A stretch of 64,000 nucleotides of DNA, taken from Nemertoderma westbladi (taxonomy: Eukaryota; Animalia; Xenacoelomorpha). The position numbers and the translations under genes are program-made. Location: contig JAUCBJ010006329.1 in NCBI GenBank assembly GCA_032718475.1, positions 124,001 through 188,000 of the forward strand, in the 5' to 3' direction. Position 1 is the first letter of the stretch. Every line of letters begins with the position of its first letter. Positions 12,501 through 28,000 of the stretch are shown in pieces. The notes below the pieces were generated by a model, which saw nothing but the letters and a program-made list of their open reading frames with translations, made no database searches and was not told the DNA's origin.

Positions 12501-15500
12501 GCAATACGATGAAACTATAATAAATATTATAGAACACAACAATATTAACAGGGAGATAGGCTACTTATCACTTCACTCTGAGAGCCTCATAAACGGGGTG
12601 TTCCGACGCAATCAAATTTCATCCATCTCCAGGGGAAAGACGAAGCAAAGAACAGCTGATTACTTCTATAAATGAAAGTGTTACCCTGCTCTTTTGACTT
12701 TCATTTAAGATTCGCTATCTCATGGAATGGGTTAGAAGTTATAAATATAAAAATTGATGTGGTTTTTCAAAAAAATCAAAGGATATTTTGATTAATTATT
12801 GCTGAAAAACACTAAGGATTTTGACAGGGCTTTAAACTTCATTATGTTCATGAAATAGCTGAGATACTTGAGGTGAATTGTTGCATTATATATTAACTTC
12901 AGCTCCAGTCTCTTTGGCAATACGATGAAACTATAATAAATATTCTAGAACACAACAATATTAACAGGGAGATAGGATACTTATCTCTTCACTCTGAGAG
13001 CCTCAAAAAGGGGGTGTTCCGACGCAATCAAATTTCATACATGTCCAGGGGAAAGACGAAGCAAAGAACAGCTGATTACTTCTATAAATGTAAGTGTTAC
13101 CTGTTCTTTTGACATTCATTTAAGATTCACTATCACATGGAGTGGGTTAGAAGTTATAAATATAAAAATCAATGTGGTTTTTGAAAAAAATCAAAGGATA
13201 TTTTGATTAATTATTGCTGAAAAACCCCAAGGATTTTGAAATGGCTTTAATACTTCATTATGTTCATGAAATAGCTGAGAAATTTGAGGTGAATTGTTGC
13301 ATTATATATTAACTTCAGCTCCAGTCTCTTTGGCAATACGATGAAACTATAATAAATATTCTAGAACACAACAATATTAACAGGGAGATAGGATACTTTT
13401 CTCTTCACTCTGAGAGCCTCAAAAAGGGGGGTGTTCCGACGCAATCAAAATTCATCCATCTACAGGGGAAAAACGAAGCAAAGAATAGCTGATTACTTCT
13501 ATAAATGTAAGTGTTACCTGCTCCTTTGACTTTCATTTAAGATTCTTTATCTTTTGGAGTGGGTTAGAAGTCATGAATATGAAGAACGATGTCGTTTTTT
13601 GTAAAAAATCTGAGGATATTTTGATAAATTATTGCTGAAAAACCCCGAGGATTTTGACATGGCTTTAATACTTCATTATGTTCATGAAATAGCTGAGATA
13701 CTTGAGGTGAATTGTTGCATTATATATTAACATCAGCTCCAGTCTCTTTGGCAATACGATGAAACTATAATAAATATTCTAGAACACAACAATATTAACA
13801 GGGAGATAGGATACTTATCTCACCACTCAGACAGCCACAGATAGGGAGGGGTGTTTTGACACAATCAAATTCAACCATCTCCAGGGGAAAGACGAAGCAA
13901 ATAACAGCTGATTACTTCTATAAATGTAAGTGTTACCTGTTTTTTGATTTTCATTTAAGATTCTCTATCTCGTGGAGTGGGATAGAAGTCATGAATATGA
14001 AGAACGATGTCGTTTTTTGTAAAAAATCTGAGGATATTTTGATAAATTATTGCTGAAAAACCCCAAGGATTTTGACATGGCTTTAATACTTCATTATGTT
14101 CATGAAATAGCTGAGAAATTTGAGGTGAGTTTTTGTATTACATATTAACTTCGGCTCCAGCCGCTTTGGCAATACGATGAAACTATAATAAATATTCTAG
14201 AACACAACAATATTAACAGGGAGATAGGCTACTTATCTCTTCACTCTGAGAGTCTCAAAAACGGGGTGTTCCGACGCAATCAAATTTCATCCATCTCCAG
14301 GGGAAAGACGAAGCAAAGAACAGCTGATTACTTCTATAAATGTAAGTGTTACCTGCTCCTTTGACTTTCATTTAAGATTCTTTATCTTTTGGAGTGGGTT
14401 AGAAGTCATGAATATGAAGAACGATGTCGTTTTTTGTAAAAAATCTGAGGATATTTTGATAAATTATTGCTGAAAAACCCCAAGGATTTTGACATGGCTT
14501 TAATACTTCATTATGTTCATGAAATAGCTGAGATATTTGAGGTGAATTATTGCGTTACATATTAACTTTGGCTCCAGCCGCTTTGGCAATACGATGAAAC
14601 TATAATAAATATTCTAGAACACAACAATATTAACAGGGAGATAGGCTACTTATCTCTTCACTCTGAGAGCCTCAAAAACGGGGTGTTCCTACGCAATCAA
14701 ATTTCATCCATCTCCAGGGGAAAGACGAAGCAAACAACAGCTGATTACTTCTATAAATGTAAGTGCTACCTGTTCTTTTGACTTTCATTTAAGATTCTTT
14801 ATCTTTTGGAGTGGGTTAGAAGACATGAATATGAAGAACGATGTCGTTTTTTGTAAAAAATCTGAGGATATTTTGATAAATTATTGCTGAAAAACCCAAA
14901 GGATTTTGACATGGCTTTAATACTCATTATATTCATGAAATAGCTGAGATATTTGAGGTGAATTATTGCGTTACATATTAACTTCGGCTCCAGCCGCTTT
15001 GGCAATACGATGAAACTATAATAAATATTCTAGAACACAACAATATTAACAGGGAGATAGGCTACTTATCTCTTCACTCTGAGAGCCTCAAAAACGGGGT
15101 GTTCCGACGCAATCAAATTTCATACATCTCCAGGGGAAAGACGAAGCAAAGAACAGCTGATTACTTCTATAAATGTAAGTGTTACCTGTTCTTTTGACTT
15201 TCATTTAAGATTCGCAACCTCATGGAGTGGGTTAGAAGTTATAAATATGAAGATCGATGTGGTTTTTGAAAAAAATCAAAGGATATTTTGATTAATTATT
15301 GCTGAAAAACACCAAGGATTTTGACATGGCTTTAATACTTCATTATGTTCATGAAATAGCTGAGAAATTTGAGGTGAATTGTTGCATTATATATTAACTT
15401 CAGCTCCAGTCTCTTTGGCAATACGATGAAACTATAATAAATGTTCTAGAACACAACAATATTAACAGGGAGATAGGCTACTTATCTCTTCACTCCGAGA

Positions 15501-18500
15501 GCCTCAAAAACGGGGTGTTCCTACGCAATCAAATTTCATCCATCTCCAGGGGAAAGACGAAGCAAATAACAGCTGATTACTTCTATAAATGTAAGTGTTA
15601 CCTGTTCTTTTGACATTCATTTAAGATTCACTATCTCATGGAGTTGGTTAGAAGTTATAAATATAAAAATCGATGTGGTTTTTGAAAAAAATCAAAGGAT
15701 ATTTTGATTAATTATTGCTGAAAAACACCAAGATTTTGACATGGCTTTAATACTTCATTATGTTCATGAAATATCTGAGATATTTGAGGTGAATTGTTGC
15801 ATTATATATTAACTTCAGCTCCAGCCGCTTTGGCAATACGATGAAACTATAATAAATATTCTAGAACACAACAATATTAACAGGGAGATAGGCTACTTAT
15901 CTCTTCACTCCGAGAGCCTCAAAAACGGGGTGTTCCTACGCAATCAAATTTCATCCATCTCCAGGGGAAAGACGAAGCAAATAACAGCTGATTACTTCTA
16001 TAAATGTAAGTGTTACCTGTTCTTTTGACATTCATTTAAGATTCTTTATCTTTTGGAGTGGGTTAGAAGTCATGAATATGAAGAACGATGTCGTTTTTTG
16101 TACAAAATCAGAGGATATTTTGATAAATTATTGCTGAAAAACCCCAAGGATTTTGACATGGCTTTAATACTTCATTATGTTCATGAAATAGCTGAGAAAT
16201 TTGAGGTGAATTATTGTATTACCTATTAACTTCGGCTCCAGCCGCTTTGGCAATACGATGAAACTATAATAAATATTCTAGAACACAACAATATTAACAG
16301 GGAGATAGGCTACTTATCTCTTCACTCTGAGAGCTTCAAAAACGGGGTGTTCCGACGCAATCAAATTTCATACATCTCCAGGGGAAAGACGAAGCAAAGA
16401 ACAGCTGATTACTTCTATAAATGTAAGTGTTACCTGTTCTTTTGACTTTCATTTAAGATTCACAACCTCATGGAGTGGGTTAGAAGTTATAAATATGAAG
16501 ATCGATGTGGTTTTTAAAAAAAATCAAAGGATATTTTGATTAATTATTGCTGAAAAACACGAAGGATTTTGACATGGCTTTAATACTTCATTATGTTCAT
16601 GAAATAGCTGAGAAATTTGAGGTGAGTTGTTGTATTACCTATTAACTTCGGCTCCAGCCGCTTTGGCAATACGATGAAACTATAATAAATATTCTAGAAC
16701 ACAACAATATTAACAGGGAGATAGGCTACTTATCTCTTCACTCTGAGAGCTTCAAAAACGGGGTGTTCCGACGCAATCAAATTTCATACATCTCCAGGGG
16801 AAAGACGAAGCAAAGAACAGCTGATTACTTCTATAAATGTAAGTGTTACCTGTTCTTTTGACTTTCATTTAAGATTCACAACCTCATGGAGTGGGTTAGA
16901 AGTTATAAATATGAAGATCGATGTGGTTTTTAAAAAAAATCAAAGGATATTTTGATTAATTATTGCTGAAAAACACGAAGGATTTTGACATGGCTTTAAT
17001 ACTTCATTATGTTCATGAAATAGCTGAGAAATTTGAGGTGAATTGTTGCATTATATATTAACTTCAGCTCCAGTCTCTTTGGCAATACGATGAAACTATA
17101 ATAAATATTCTAGGACACAACAATATTAACAGGGAGATAGGCTACTTATCTCTTCACTCTGAGAGCCTCAAAAACGGGGTGTTCCGACGCAATCAAATTT
17201 CATCCATCTCCAGGGGAAAGACGAAGCAAAGAACAGCTGATTACTTCTATAAATGAAAGTGTTACCTGTTCTTTTGACTTTCATTTAAGATTCTTTATCT
17301 TGTGGAGTGGGTTAGAAGTCATGAATAAGAAAATCGATTTCGTTTTTTGTAAAAAATCAAAGGATATTTTGATTAATTATTGCTGAAAAACACCAAGGAT
17401 TTTGACATGGCTTTAATACTTCATTATGTTCATGAAATAGCTGAGAAATTTGAGGTGAATTGTTGCATTATATATTAACTTCAGCTCCAGTCTCTTTGGC
17501 AATACGATGAAACTATAATAAATATTCTAGAACACAACAATATTAACAGGGAGATAGGCTACTTATCTCTTCACTCCGAGAGCCTCAAAAACGGGGTGTT
17601 CCTACGCAATCAAATTTCATCCATCTCCAGGGGAAAGACGAAGCAAATAACAGCTGATTACTTCTATAAATGTAAGTGTTACCTGTTCTTTTGACATTCA
17701 TTTAAGATTCACTATCTCATGGAGTGGGTTAGAAGTTATAAATATAAAAATCGATGTGGTTTTTGAAAAAAATCAAAGGATATTTTGATTAATTATTGCT
17801 GAAAAACACCAAGATTTTGACATGGCTTTAATACTTCATTATGTTCATGAAATATCTGAGATATTTGAGGTGAATTATTGTATTACATATTAACTTTGGC
17901 TTCAGCCGCTTTGGCAATACGATGAAACTATAATAAATATTCTAGAACACAACAATATTAACAGGGAGATAGGCTACTTATCTCTTCAATCTGAGAGCCT
18001 CAAAAAGGGGGGTGTTCCGACGCAATCAAAATTCATCCATCTACAGGGGAAAAACGAAGCAAAGAATAGTTGATTACTTCTATGAATGTAAGTGTTACCT
18101 GCTCCTTTGACTTTCATTTAAGATTCTTTATCTTTTGGAGTGGGTTAGAAGTCATGAATATGAAGAACGATGTCGTTTTTTGTACAAAATCTGAGGATAT
18201 TTTGATAAATTATTGCTGAAAAACCCCAAGGATTTTGACATGGCTTTAATACTTCATTATGTTCATGAAATAGCTGAGAAATTTGAGGTGAGTTGTTGTA
18301 TTACCTATTAACTTCGGCTCCAGCCGCTTTGGCAATACGATGAAACTATAATAAATATTCTAGAACACAACAATATTAACAGGGAGATAGGCTACTTATC
18401 TCTTCACTCTGAGAGCTTCAAAAACGGGGTGTTCCGACGCAATCAAATTTCATACATCTCCAGGGGAAAGACGAAGCAAAGAACAGCTGATTACTTCTAT

Positions 18501-19929
18501 AAATGTAAGTGTTACCTGTTCTTTTGACTTTCATTTAAGATTCACAACCTCATGGAGTGGGTTAGAAGTTATAAATATGAAGATCGATGTGGTTTTTGAA
18601 AAAAATCAAAGGATATTTTGATTAATTATTGCTGAAAAACACGAAGGATTTTGACATGGCTTTAATACTTCATTATGTTCATGAAATAGCTGAGAAATTT
18701 GAGGTGAATTGTTGCATTATATATTAACTTCAGCTCCAGTCTCTTTGGCAATACGATGAAACTATAATAAATATTCTAGGACACAACAATATTAACAGGG
18801 AGATAGGCTACTTATCTCTTCACTCTGAGAGCCTCAAAAAGGGGGTGTTCCGACGCAATCAAAATTCATCCATCTCCAGGGGAAAGACGAAGCAAAGAAC
18901 AGCTGATTACTTCTATAAATGTAAGTGTTACCTGTTCTTTTGACTTTCATTTAAGATTCGCTATCTCGTGGAGTGGATTAGAAGTTATAAATATGAAAAT
19001 CAATGTGGTTTTTGAAAAAAATCAGAGGATATTTTGATAAATTATTGCTGAAAAACCCCAAGCATTTTGACATGGCTTTAATACTTCATTATATTCATGA
19101 AATAGCTGAGATATTTGAGGTGAATTATTGTATCACATATTAACTTCGGCTCCAGGCGCTTTGGCAATACGATGAAACTATAATATATATTCTAGAACAC
19201 AACAATATTAACAGGGAGATAGGCTACTTATCTCTCCACTCTGAGAGCCTCAAAAAGGGGGTGTTCCGACGCAATCAAAATTCATCCAACTCCAGGGGAA
19301 AGACGAAGCAAATAACAGCTGATTACTTCTATAAATGTAAGTGTTACCTGCTCCTTTGACTTTCATGTAAGATTCTTTATCTTTTGGAGTGGGTTAGAAG
19401 TCATGAATATGAAAAACGATATCGTTTTTTGTAAAAAATCTGAGGATATTTTGATAAATTATTGGTGAAAAACCCAAGGATTTTGACATGGCTTTAATAC
19501 TTCATTATGTTCATGAAAAAACTGAGATATTTGAGGTGAATTATTGCATTACATAATAACTTTAACTCCAGCCACTTTAGCAATACGATGAAACTATAAT
19601 AAATATTCTAGAACACAACAATATTAACATGGAGATAGGCTATTTATCTCTCCACTCAGACAGCCACAGATAGGGGGGGGTGTTTTGACACAATCAAAAT
19701 TCAACCTTCTCCAGGGGAAAGACGAAGCAAATAACAGCTGATTACTTCTATAAAGGAAAGTGTTACCTGTTCTTATGACTTTCGTTTAAGATTCTCTATC
19801 TCATGGAGTGGATTAGAAGTGATAAATATGAAAATCGATGTGGTTTTTGAAAAAAATCAGAGGATATTTTGATAAATTATTGCTGAAAAACCCCAAGGAT
19901 TTTGACATGGCTTTATACTCATTATATTC

Positions 19930-22900
19930 ATGAAATAGCTGAGATATTTGAGGTGAATTATTGCGTTACATATTAACTTTGGCTCCAGCCGCTTTGGCAA
20001 TACGATGAAACTATACTAAATATTCTAGAACACAACAATATTAACATGGAGATAGGCTATTTATCTCTCCACTCAGACAGCCACAGATAGGGAGGGGTGT
20101 TTTGACACAATCAAAATTCAACCATCTCCAAGGGAAAGACGAAGCAAATAACAGCTGATTACTTCTATAAAGGAAAGTGTTACCTGTTCTTATGACTTTC
20201 GTTTAAGATTCTCTATCTCGTGGAGTGGATTAGAAGTGATAAATATGAAAATCGATGTGGTTTTTGAAAAAAATCAGAGGATATTTTGATAAATTATTGC
20301 TGAAAAACCCCAAGGATTTTGACATGGCTTTAATACTCATTATATTCATGAAATAGCTGAGATATTTGAGGTGAATTATTGCATTACATATTAACTTTGG
20401 CTCCAGCCGCTTTGGCAATACGATGAAACTATAATAAAAATTCTAGACCACAACAATATTAACAGGGAGATAGGCTACTTATCTCTTCATTCTGAGAGCC
20501 TCAAAAAGGGGGTGTTCCGACGCAATCAAAATTCATCCATCTCCTGGGGAAAGACGAAGCAAATAACAGCTGATTACTTCTATAAAGGAAAGTGTTACCT
20601 GTTCTTATGACTTTCGTTTAAGATTCTCTATCTCGTGGAGTGGATTAGAAGTGATAAATATGAAAATCGATGTGGTTTTTGAAAAAAATCAGAGGATATT
20701 TTGATAAATTATTGCTGAAAAACCCCAAGGATTTTGACATGGCTTTAATACTCATTATATTCATGAAATAGCTGAGATATTTGAGGTGAATTATTGCATT
20801 ACATATTAACTTTGGCTCCAGCCGCTTTGGCAATACGATGAAACTATAATAAAAATTCTAGACCACAACAATATTAACAGGGAGATAGGCTACTTATCTC
20901 TTCATTCTGAGAGCCTCAAAAAGGGGGTGTTCCGACGCAATCAAAATTCATCCATCTCCTGGGGAAAGACGAAGCAAATAACAGCTAATTACTTCTATAA
21001 AGGAAAGTGTTACCTGTTCTTATGACTTTCGTTTAAGATTCTCTATCTCGTGGAGTGGATTAGAAGTGATAAATATGAAAATCGATGTGGTTTTTGAAAA
21101 AAATCAGAGGATATTTTGATAAATTATTGCTGAAAAACCCCAAGGATTTTGACATGGCTTTAATACTCATTATATTCATGAAATAGCTGAGATATTTGAG
21201 GTGAATTATTGCATTACATATTAACTTTGGCTCCAGCCGCTTTGGCAATACGATGAAACTATAATAAATATTCTAGAACACAACAATATTAACAGGGAGA
21301 TAGGCTACTTATCTCTCCACTCTGAGAGCCTCAAAAAGGGGGTGTTCCGACGCAATCAAATTTCATCCATCTCCAGGGGAAAGACGAAGCAAATAACAGC
21401 TGATTACTTCTATAAATGTAAGTGTTACCTGCTCTTTTGACTTTCATTTAAGATTCGCTATCTCATGGAGTGGGTTAGAAGTTATAAATATAAAAATTGA
21501 TGTGGTTTTTGAAAAAAATCAAAGGATATTTTGATAAATTATTGCTGAAAAACCCCAAGGATTTTGACAGGGCTTTAATACTTCATTATGTTCATGAAAT
21601 AGCTGAGATATTTGAGGTGAATTATTGCGTTACATATTAACTTTGGCTCCAGCCGCTTTGGCAATACGATGGAACTATACTAAATATTCTAGAACACAAC
21701 AATATTAACATGGAGATAGGCTATTTATCTCTCCACTCAGACAGCCGCAGATAGGGATGGGTGTTTTGACACAATCAAAATTCAACCATCTCCAGGGGAA
21801 AGACGAAGCAAATAACAGCTGATTACTTCTATAAAGGAAAGTGTTACCTGTTCTTATGACTTTCGTTTAAGATTCTCTATCTCGTGGAGTGGATTAGAAG
21901 TGATAAATATGAAAATCGATGTGGTTTTTAAAAAAAATCAGAGGATATTTTGATAAATTATTGCTGAAAAACCCCAAGGATTTTGACATGGCTTTAATAC
22001 TCATTATATTCATGAAATAGCTGAGATATTTGAGGTGAATTATTGCATTACATATTAACTTTGGCTCCAGCCGCTTTGGCAATACGATGAAACTATAATA
22101 AAAATTCTAGACCACAACAATATTAACAGGGAGATAGGCTACTTATCTCTTCATTCTGAGAGCCTCAAAAAGGGGGTGTTCCGACGCAATCAAAATTCAT
22201 CCATCTCCTGGGGAAAGACGAAGCAAATAACAGCTGATTACTTCTATAAAGGAAAGTGTTACCTGTTCTTATGACTTTCGTTTAAGATTCTCTATCTCGT
22301 GGAGTGGATTAGAAGTGATAAATATGAAAATCGATGTGGTTTTTGAAAAAAATCAGAGGATATTTTGATAAATTATTGCTGAAAAACCCCAAGGATTTTG
22401 ACATGGCTTTAATACTCATTATATTCATGAAATAGCTGAGATATTTGAGGTGATTTATTGCATTACATATTAACTTTGGCTCCAGCCGCTTTGGCAATAC
22501 GATGAAACTATAATAAAAATTCTAGACCACAACAATATTAACAGGGAGATAGGCTACTTATCTCTTCATTCTGAGAGCCTCAAAAAGTGGGTGTTCCGAC
22601 ACAATCAAAATTCATCCATCTCCTGGGGAAAGACGAATCAAATAACAGCTGATTACTTCTATAAAGGAAAGTGTTACCTGTTCTTATGACTTTCGTTTAA
22701 GATTCTCTATCTCGTGGAGTGGATTAGAAGTGATAAATATGAAAATCGATGTGGTTTTTAAAAAAAATCAGAGGATATTTTGACAAATTATTGCTGAAAA
22801 ACCCCAAGGATTTTGACATGGCTTTAATACTCATTATATTCATGAAATAGCTGAGATATTTGAGGTGAATTATTGCATTACATATTAACTTTGGCTCCAG

Positions 22901-22990
22901 CCGCTTTGGCAATACGATGAAACTATAATAAATATTCTAGAACACAACAATATTAACAGGGAGATAGGCTACTTATCTCTCCACTCTGAG
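19930..22990. repeat. 4-monomer higher-order repeat, period 1664 bp (~2 copies)
   Basis: ORF offsets 20230->21894, 20645->22309 and 21060->22724 are all 1664. Shared CTATACTAAA variant followed by the CAGACAGCC block. Boundaries approximate. Confidence 0.8.
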
Positions 22991-25900
22991 AGCCTCAAAA
23001 AGGGGGTGTTCCTACGCAATCAAATTTCATCCATCTCCAGGGGAAAGACGAAGCAAATAACAGCTGATTACTTCTATAAATGTAAGTGTTACCTGTTCTT
23101 TTGACATTCATTTAAGATTCACTATCTCATGGAGTGGGTTAGAAGTTATAAATATAAAAATCGATGTGGTTTTTGAAAAAAATCAAAGGATATTTTGATT
23201 CATTATTGCTGAAAAACACCAAGATTTTGACATGGCTTTAATACTTCATTATGTTCATGAAATATCTGAGATATTTGAGGTGAATTATTGTATTACATAT
23301 TAACTTTGGCTTCAGCCGCTTTGGCAATACGATGAAACTATAATAAATATTCTAGAACACAACAATATTAACAGGGAGATAGGCTACTTATCTCTTCAAT
23401 CTGAGAGCCTCAAAAAGGGGGGTGTTCCGACGCAATCAAAATTCATCCATCTACAGGGGAAAAACGAAGCAAAGAATAGTTGATTACTTCTATGAATGTA
23501 AGTGTTACCTGCTCCTTTGACTTTCATTTAAGATTCTTTATCTTTTGGAGTGGGTTAGAAGTCATGAATATGAAGAACGATGTCGTTTTTTGTACAAAAT
23601 CTGAGGATATTTTGATAAATTATTGCTGAAAAACCCCAAGGATTTTGACATGGCTTTAATACTTCATTATGTTCATGAAATAGCTGAGAAATTTGAGGTG
23701 AGTTGTTGTATTACGTATTAACTTCGGCTCCAGCCGCTTTGGCAATACGATGAAACTATAATAAATATTCTAGAACACAACAATATTAACAGGGAGATAG
23801 GCTACTTATCTCTTCACTCTGAGAGCCTCAAAAACGGGGTGTTCCGACGCAATCAAATTTCATACATCTCCAGGGGAAAGACGAAGCAAAGAACAGCTGA
23901 TTACTTCTATAAATGTAAGTGTTACCTGCTCTTTTGACTTTCATTTATTAAGATCCTCTATCTCGTGGAGTGGGTTAGAAGTTATAAATATGAAAATCGA
24001 TGTGGTTTTTGAAAAAAATCAGAGGATATTTTGATAAATTATTGCAGAAAACCCCCAAGGATTTTGACATGGCTTTAATACTCATTATATTCATGAAATA
24101 GCTGAGTAATTTGAGGTGAATTATTGTATCACATATTAATTTCGGCTCCAGCCGCTTTGGCAATACGATGAAACTATAATAAATAATTCTATAACAGAAC
24201 AATATTAACAGGGAAATAGGCTACTTATCTCTTCATTCTTAGAGCCTCAAAAACGGGGTGTTCCGACGCAATCAAAATTCATCCATCTCCAGGGGAAAGA
24301 CGAAGCAAAGAATAGCTGATTACTTCTATAAATGTAAGTGTTACATGTTCTTTTGACTTTCGTTTAAGATTGTCTATCTCTTGGAGTGGGTTATAAGTCA
24401 TGAATATGAAAATCGATGTCGTTTTTAGTAAAAAATCAGAGAAGATTTTAATATATAATTGCTGAAAAACACCATGTATTTTGACAAGGATTTAATACTC
24501 ATTATATTTATGAAATAGCGGAGATATTTGAGGTGAATTATTGCATTACATATTAACTTTGGCTCCAGCCGCTTTGGCAATACGATGAAACTATAATAAA
24601 AATTCTAGACCACAACAATATTAACAGGGAGATAGGCTACTTATCTCTTCATTCTGAGAGCCTCAAAAAGGGGGTGTTCCGACGCAATCAAAATTCATCC
24701 ATCTCCTGGGGAAAGACGAAGCAAATAACAGCTGATTACTTCTATAAAGGAAAGTGTTACCTGTTCTTATGACTTTCGTTTAAGATTCTCTATCTCGTGG
24801 AGTGGATTAGAAGTGATAAATATGAAAATCGATGTGGTTTTTGAAAAAAATCAGAGGATATTTTGATAAATTATTGCTGAAAAACCCCAAGGATTTTGAC
24901 ATGGCTTTAATACTCATTATATTCATGAAATAGCTGAGATATTTGAGGTGAATTATTGCATTACATATTAACTTTGGCTCCAGCCGCTTTGGCAATACGA
25001 TGAAACTATAATAAATATTCTAGAACACAACAATATTAACAGGGAGATAGGCTACTTATCTCTCCACTCTGAGAGCCTCAAAAAGGGGGTGTTCCTACGC
25101 AATCAAATTTCATCCATCTCCAGGGGAAAGACGAAGCAAATAACAGCTGATTACTTCTATAAATGTAAGTGTTACCTGTTCTTTTGACATTCATTTAAGA
25201 TTCACTATCTCATGGAGTGGGTTAGAAGTTATAAATATAAAAATCGATGTGGTTTTTGAAAAAAATCAAAGGATATTTTGATTAATTATTGCTGAAAAAC
25301 ACCAAGATTTTGACATGGCTTTAATACTTCATTATGTTCATGAAATATCTGAGATATTTGAGGTGAATTATTGTATTACATATTAACTTTGGCTTCAGCC
25401 GCTTTGGCAATACGATGAAACTATAATAAATATTCTAGAACACAACAATATTAAAAGGGAGATAGGCTACTTATCTCTTCAATCTGAGAGCCTCAAAAAG
25501 GGGGGTGTTCCGACGCAATCAAAATTCATCCATCTACAGGGGAAAAACGAAGCAAAGAATAGTTGATTACTTCTATGAATGTAAGTGTTACCTGCTCCTT
25601 TGACTTTCATTTAAGATTATTTATCTTTTGGAGTGGGTTAGAAGTCATGAATTTGAAGAACGATGTCGTTTTTTGTACAAAATCTGAGGATATTTTGATA
25701 AATTATTGCTGAAAAACCCCAAGGATTTTGACATGGCTTTAATACTCATTATATTCATGAAATAGCTGAGATATTTGAGGTGAATTATTGCATTACATAT
25801 TAACTTTGGCTCCAGCCGCTTTGGCAATACGATGAAACTATAATAAAAATTCTCGACCACAACAATATTAACAGGGAGATAGGCTAATTATCTCTTCATT

Positions 25901-28000
25901 CTGAGAGCCTCAAAAAGGGGGTGTTCCGACGCAATCAAAATTCATCCATCTCCTGGGGAAAGACGAAGCAAATAACAGCTGATTACTTCTATAAAGGAAA
26001 GTGTTACCTGTTCTTATGACTTTCGTTTAAGATTCTCTATCTCGTGGAGTGGATTAGAAGTGATAAATATGAAAATCGATGTGGTTTTTGAAAAAAATCA
26101 GAGGATATTTTGATAAATTATTGCTGAAAAACCCCAAGGATTTTGACATGGCTTTAATACTCATTATATTCATGAAATAGCTGAGATATTTGAGGTGAAT
26201 TATTGCATTACATATTAACTTTGGCTCCAGCCGCTTTGGCAATACGATGAAACTATAATAAAAATTCTAGACCACAACAATATTAACAGGGAGATAGGCA
26301 GGCTACTTATCTCTTCATTCTGAGAGCCTCAAAAAGGGGGTGGTCCGACACAATCAAAATTCATCCATCTCCTGGGGAAAGACGAAGCAAATAACAGCTG
26401 ATTACTTCTATAAAGGAAAGTGTTACCTGTTCTTATGACTTTCGTTTAAGATTCTCTATCTCGTGGAGTGGATTAAAAGTGATAAATATGAAAATCGATG
26501 TGGTTTTTAAAAAAAATCAGAGGATATTTTGACAAATTATTGCTAAAAAACCCCATAGATTTTGACATGGCTTTAATACTCATTATATTCATGAAATAGC
26601 TGAGATATTTGAGGTGAATTATTGCATTACATATTAACTTTGGCTCCAGCCGCTTTGGCAATACGATGAAACTATAATAAAAATTCTAGACCACAACAAT
26701 ATTAACAGGGAGATAGGCTACTTATCTCTTCATTCTGAGAGCCTCAAAAAGGGGGTGTTCCGACGCAATCAAAATTCATCCATCTCCTGGGGAAAGACGA
26801 AGCAAATAACAGCTGATTACTTCTGTAAAGGAAAGTGTTACCTGTTCTTATGACTTTCGTTTAAGATTCTCTATCTCGTGGAGTGGATTAGAAGTGATAA
26901 ATATGAAAATCGATGTGGTTTTTGAAAAAAATCAGAGGATATTTTGATAAATTATTGCTGAAAAACCCCAAGGATTTTGACATGGCTTTAATACTCATTA
27001 TATTCATGAAATAGCTGAGATATTTGAGGTGAATTATTGCATTACATATTAACTTTGGCTCCAGCCGCTTTGGCAATACGATGAAACTATAATAAATATT
27101 ATATAACACAACAATATTAACAGGGAGATAGGCTACTTATCTCTCCACTCTGAGAGCCTCAAAAAGGGGGTGTTCCTACGCAATCAAATTTCATCCATCT
27201 CCAGGGGAAAGACGAAGCAAATAACAGCTGATTACTTCTATAAATGTAAGTGTTACCTGTTCTTTTGACATTCATTTAAGATTCACTATCTCATGGAGTG
27301 GGTTAGAAGTTATAAATATAAAAATCGATGTGGTTTTTGAAAAAAATCAAAGGATATTTTGATTAATTATTGCTGAAAAACACCAAGATTTTGACATGGC
27401 TTTATTTAATACTTCATTATGTTCATGAAATATCTGAGATATTTGAAGTGAATTATTGTATTACATATTAACTTTGGCTTCAGCCGCTTTGGCAATACGA
27501 TGAAACTATAATAAATATTCTAGAACACAACAATATTAACAGGGAGATAGGCTACTTATCTCTTCAATCTGAGAGCCTCAAAAAGGGGGGTGTTCCGACG
27601 CAATCAAAATTCATCCATCTACAGGGGAAAAACGAAGCAAAGAATAGTTGATTACTTCTATGAATGTAAGTGTTACCTGCTCCTTTGACTTTCATTTAAG
27701 ATTCTTTATCTTTTGGAGTGGGTTAGAAGTCATGAATATGAAGAACGATGTCGTTTTTTGTACAAAATCTGAGGATATTTTGATAAATTATTGCTGAAAA
27801 ACCCCAAGGATTTTGACATGGCTTTAATACTTCATTATGTTGATGAAATAGCTGAGAAATTTGAGGTGAGTTGTTGTATTACGTATTAACTTCGGCTCCA
27901 GCCGCTTTGGCAATACGATGAAACTATAATAAATATTCTAGAACACAACAATATTAACAGGGAGATAGGCTACTTATCTCTTCACTCTGAGAGCCTCAAA
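22724..28000. repeat. Imperfect 5-monomer higher-order repeat, period ~2083 bp (~3 copies)
   Basis: Diagnostic cassette (CACCAAGATTTTG, AATATCTGAG, GGCTTCAGCC, CTACAGGGGAAAAACG, CTATGAATG) recurs at ~23491, 25574 and 27659. ORF offsets 22724->24807->26888. A further copy lies near 18081. Only about 3 of the 5 monomers are conserved between units. Confidence 0.75.

Noticed and set aside
20230-22912. Repeated 60-79 aa minus-strand ORFs (MPKRLEPKLICNAIIHLKYL...) as a tandem small-protein gene family
   Set aside because: They start at TTG, have no recognisable domain, and appear only when a 1-bp indel (ATACTCATT vs ATACTTCATT) opens the frame. Most monomers are frameshifted, so they are satellite by-products.
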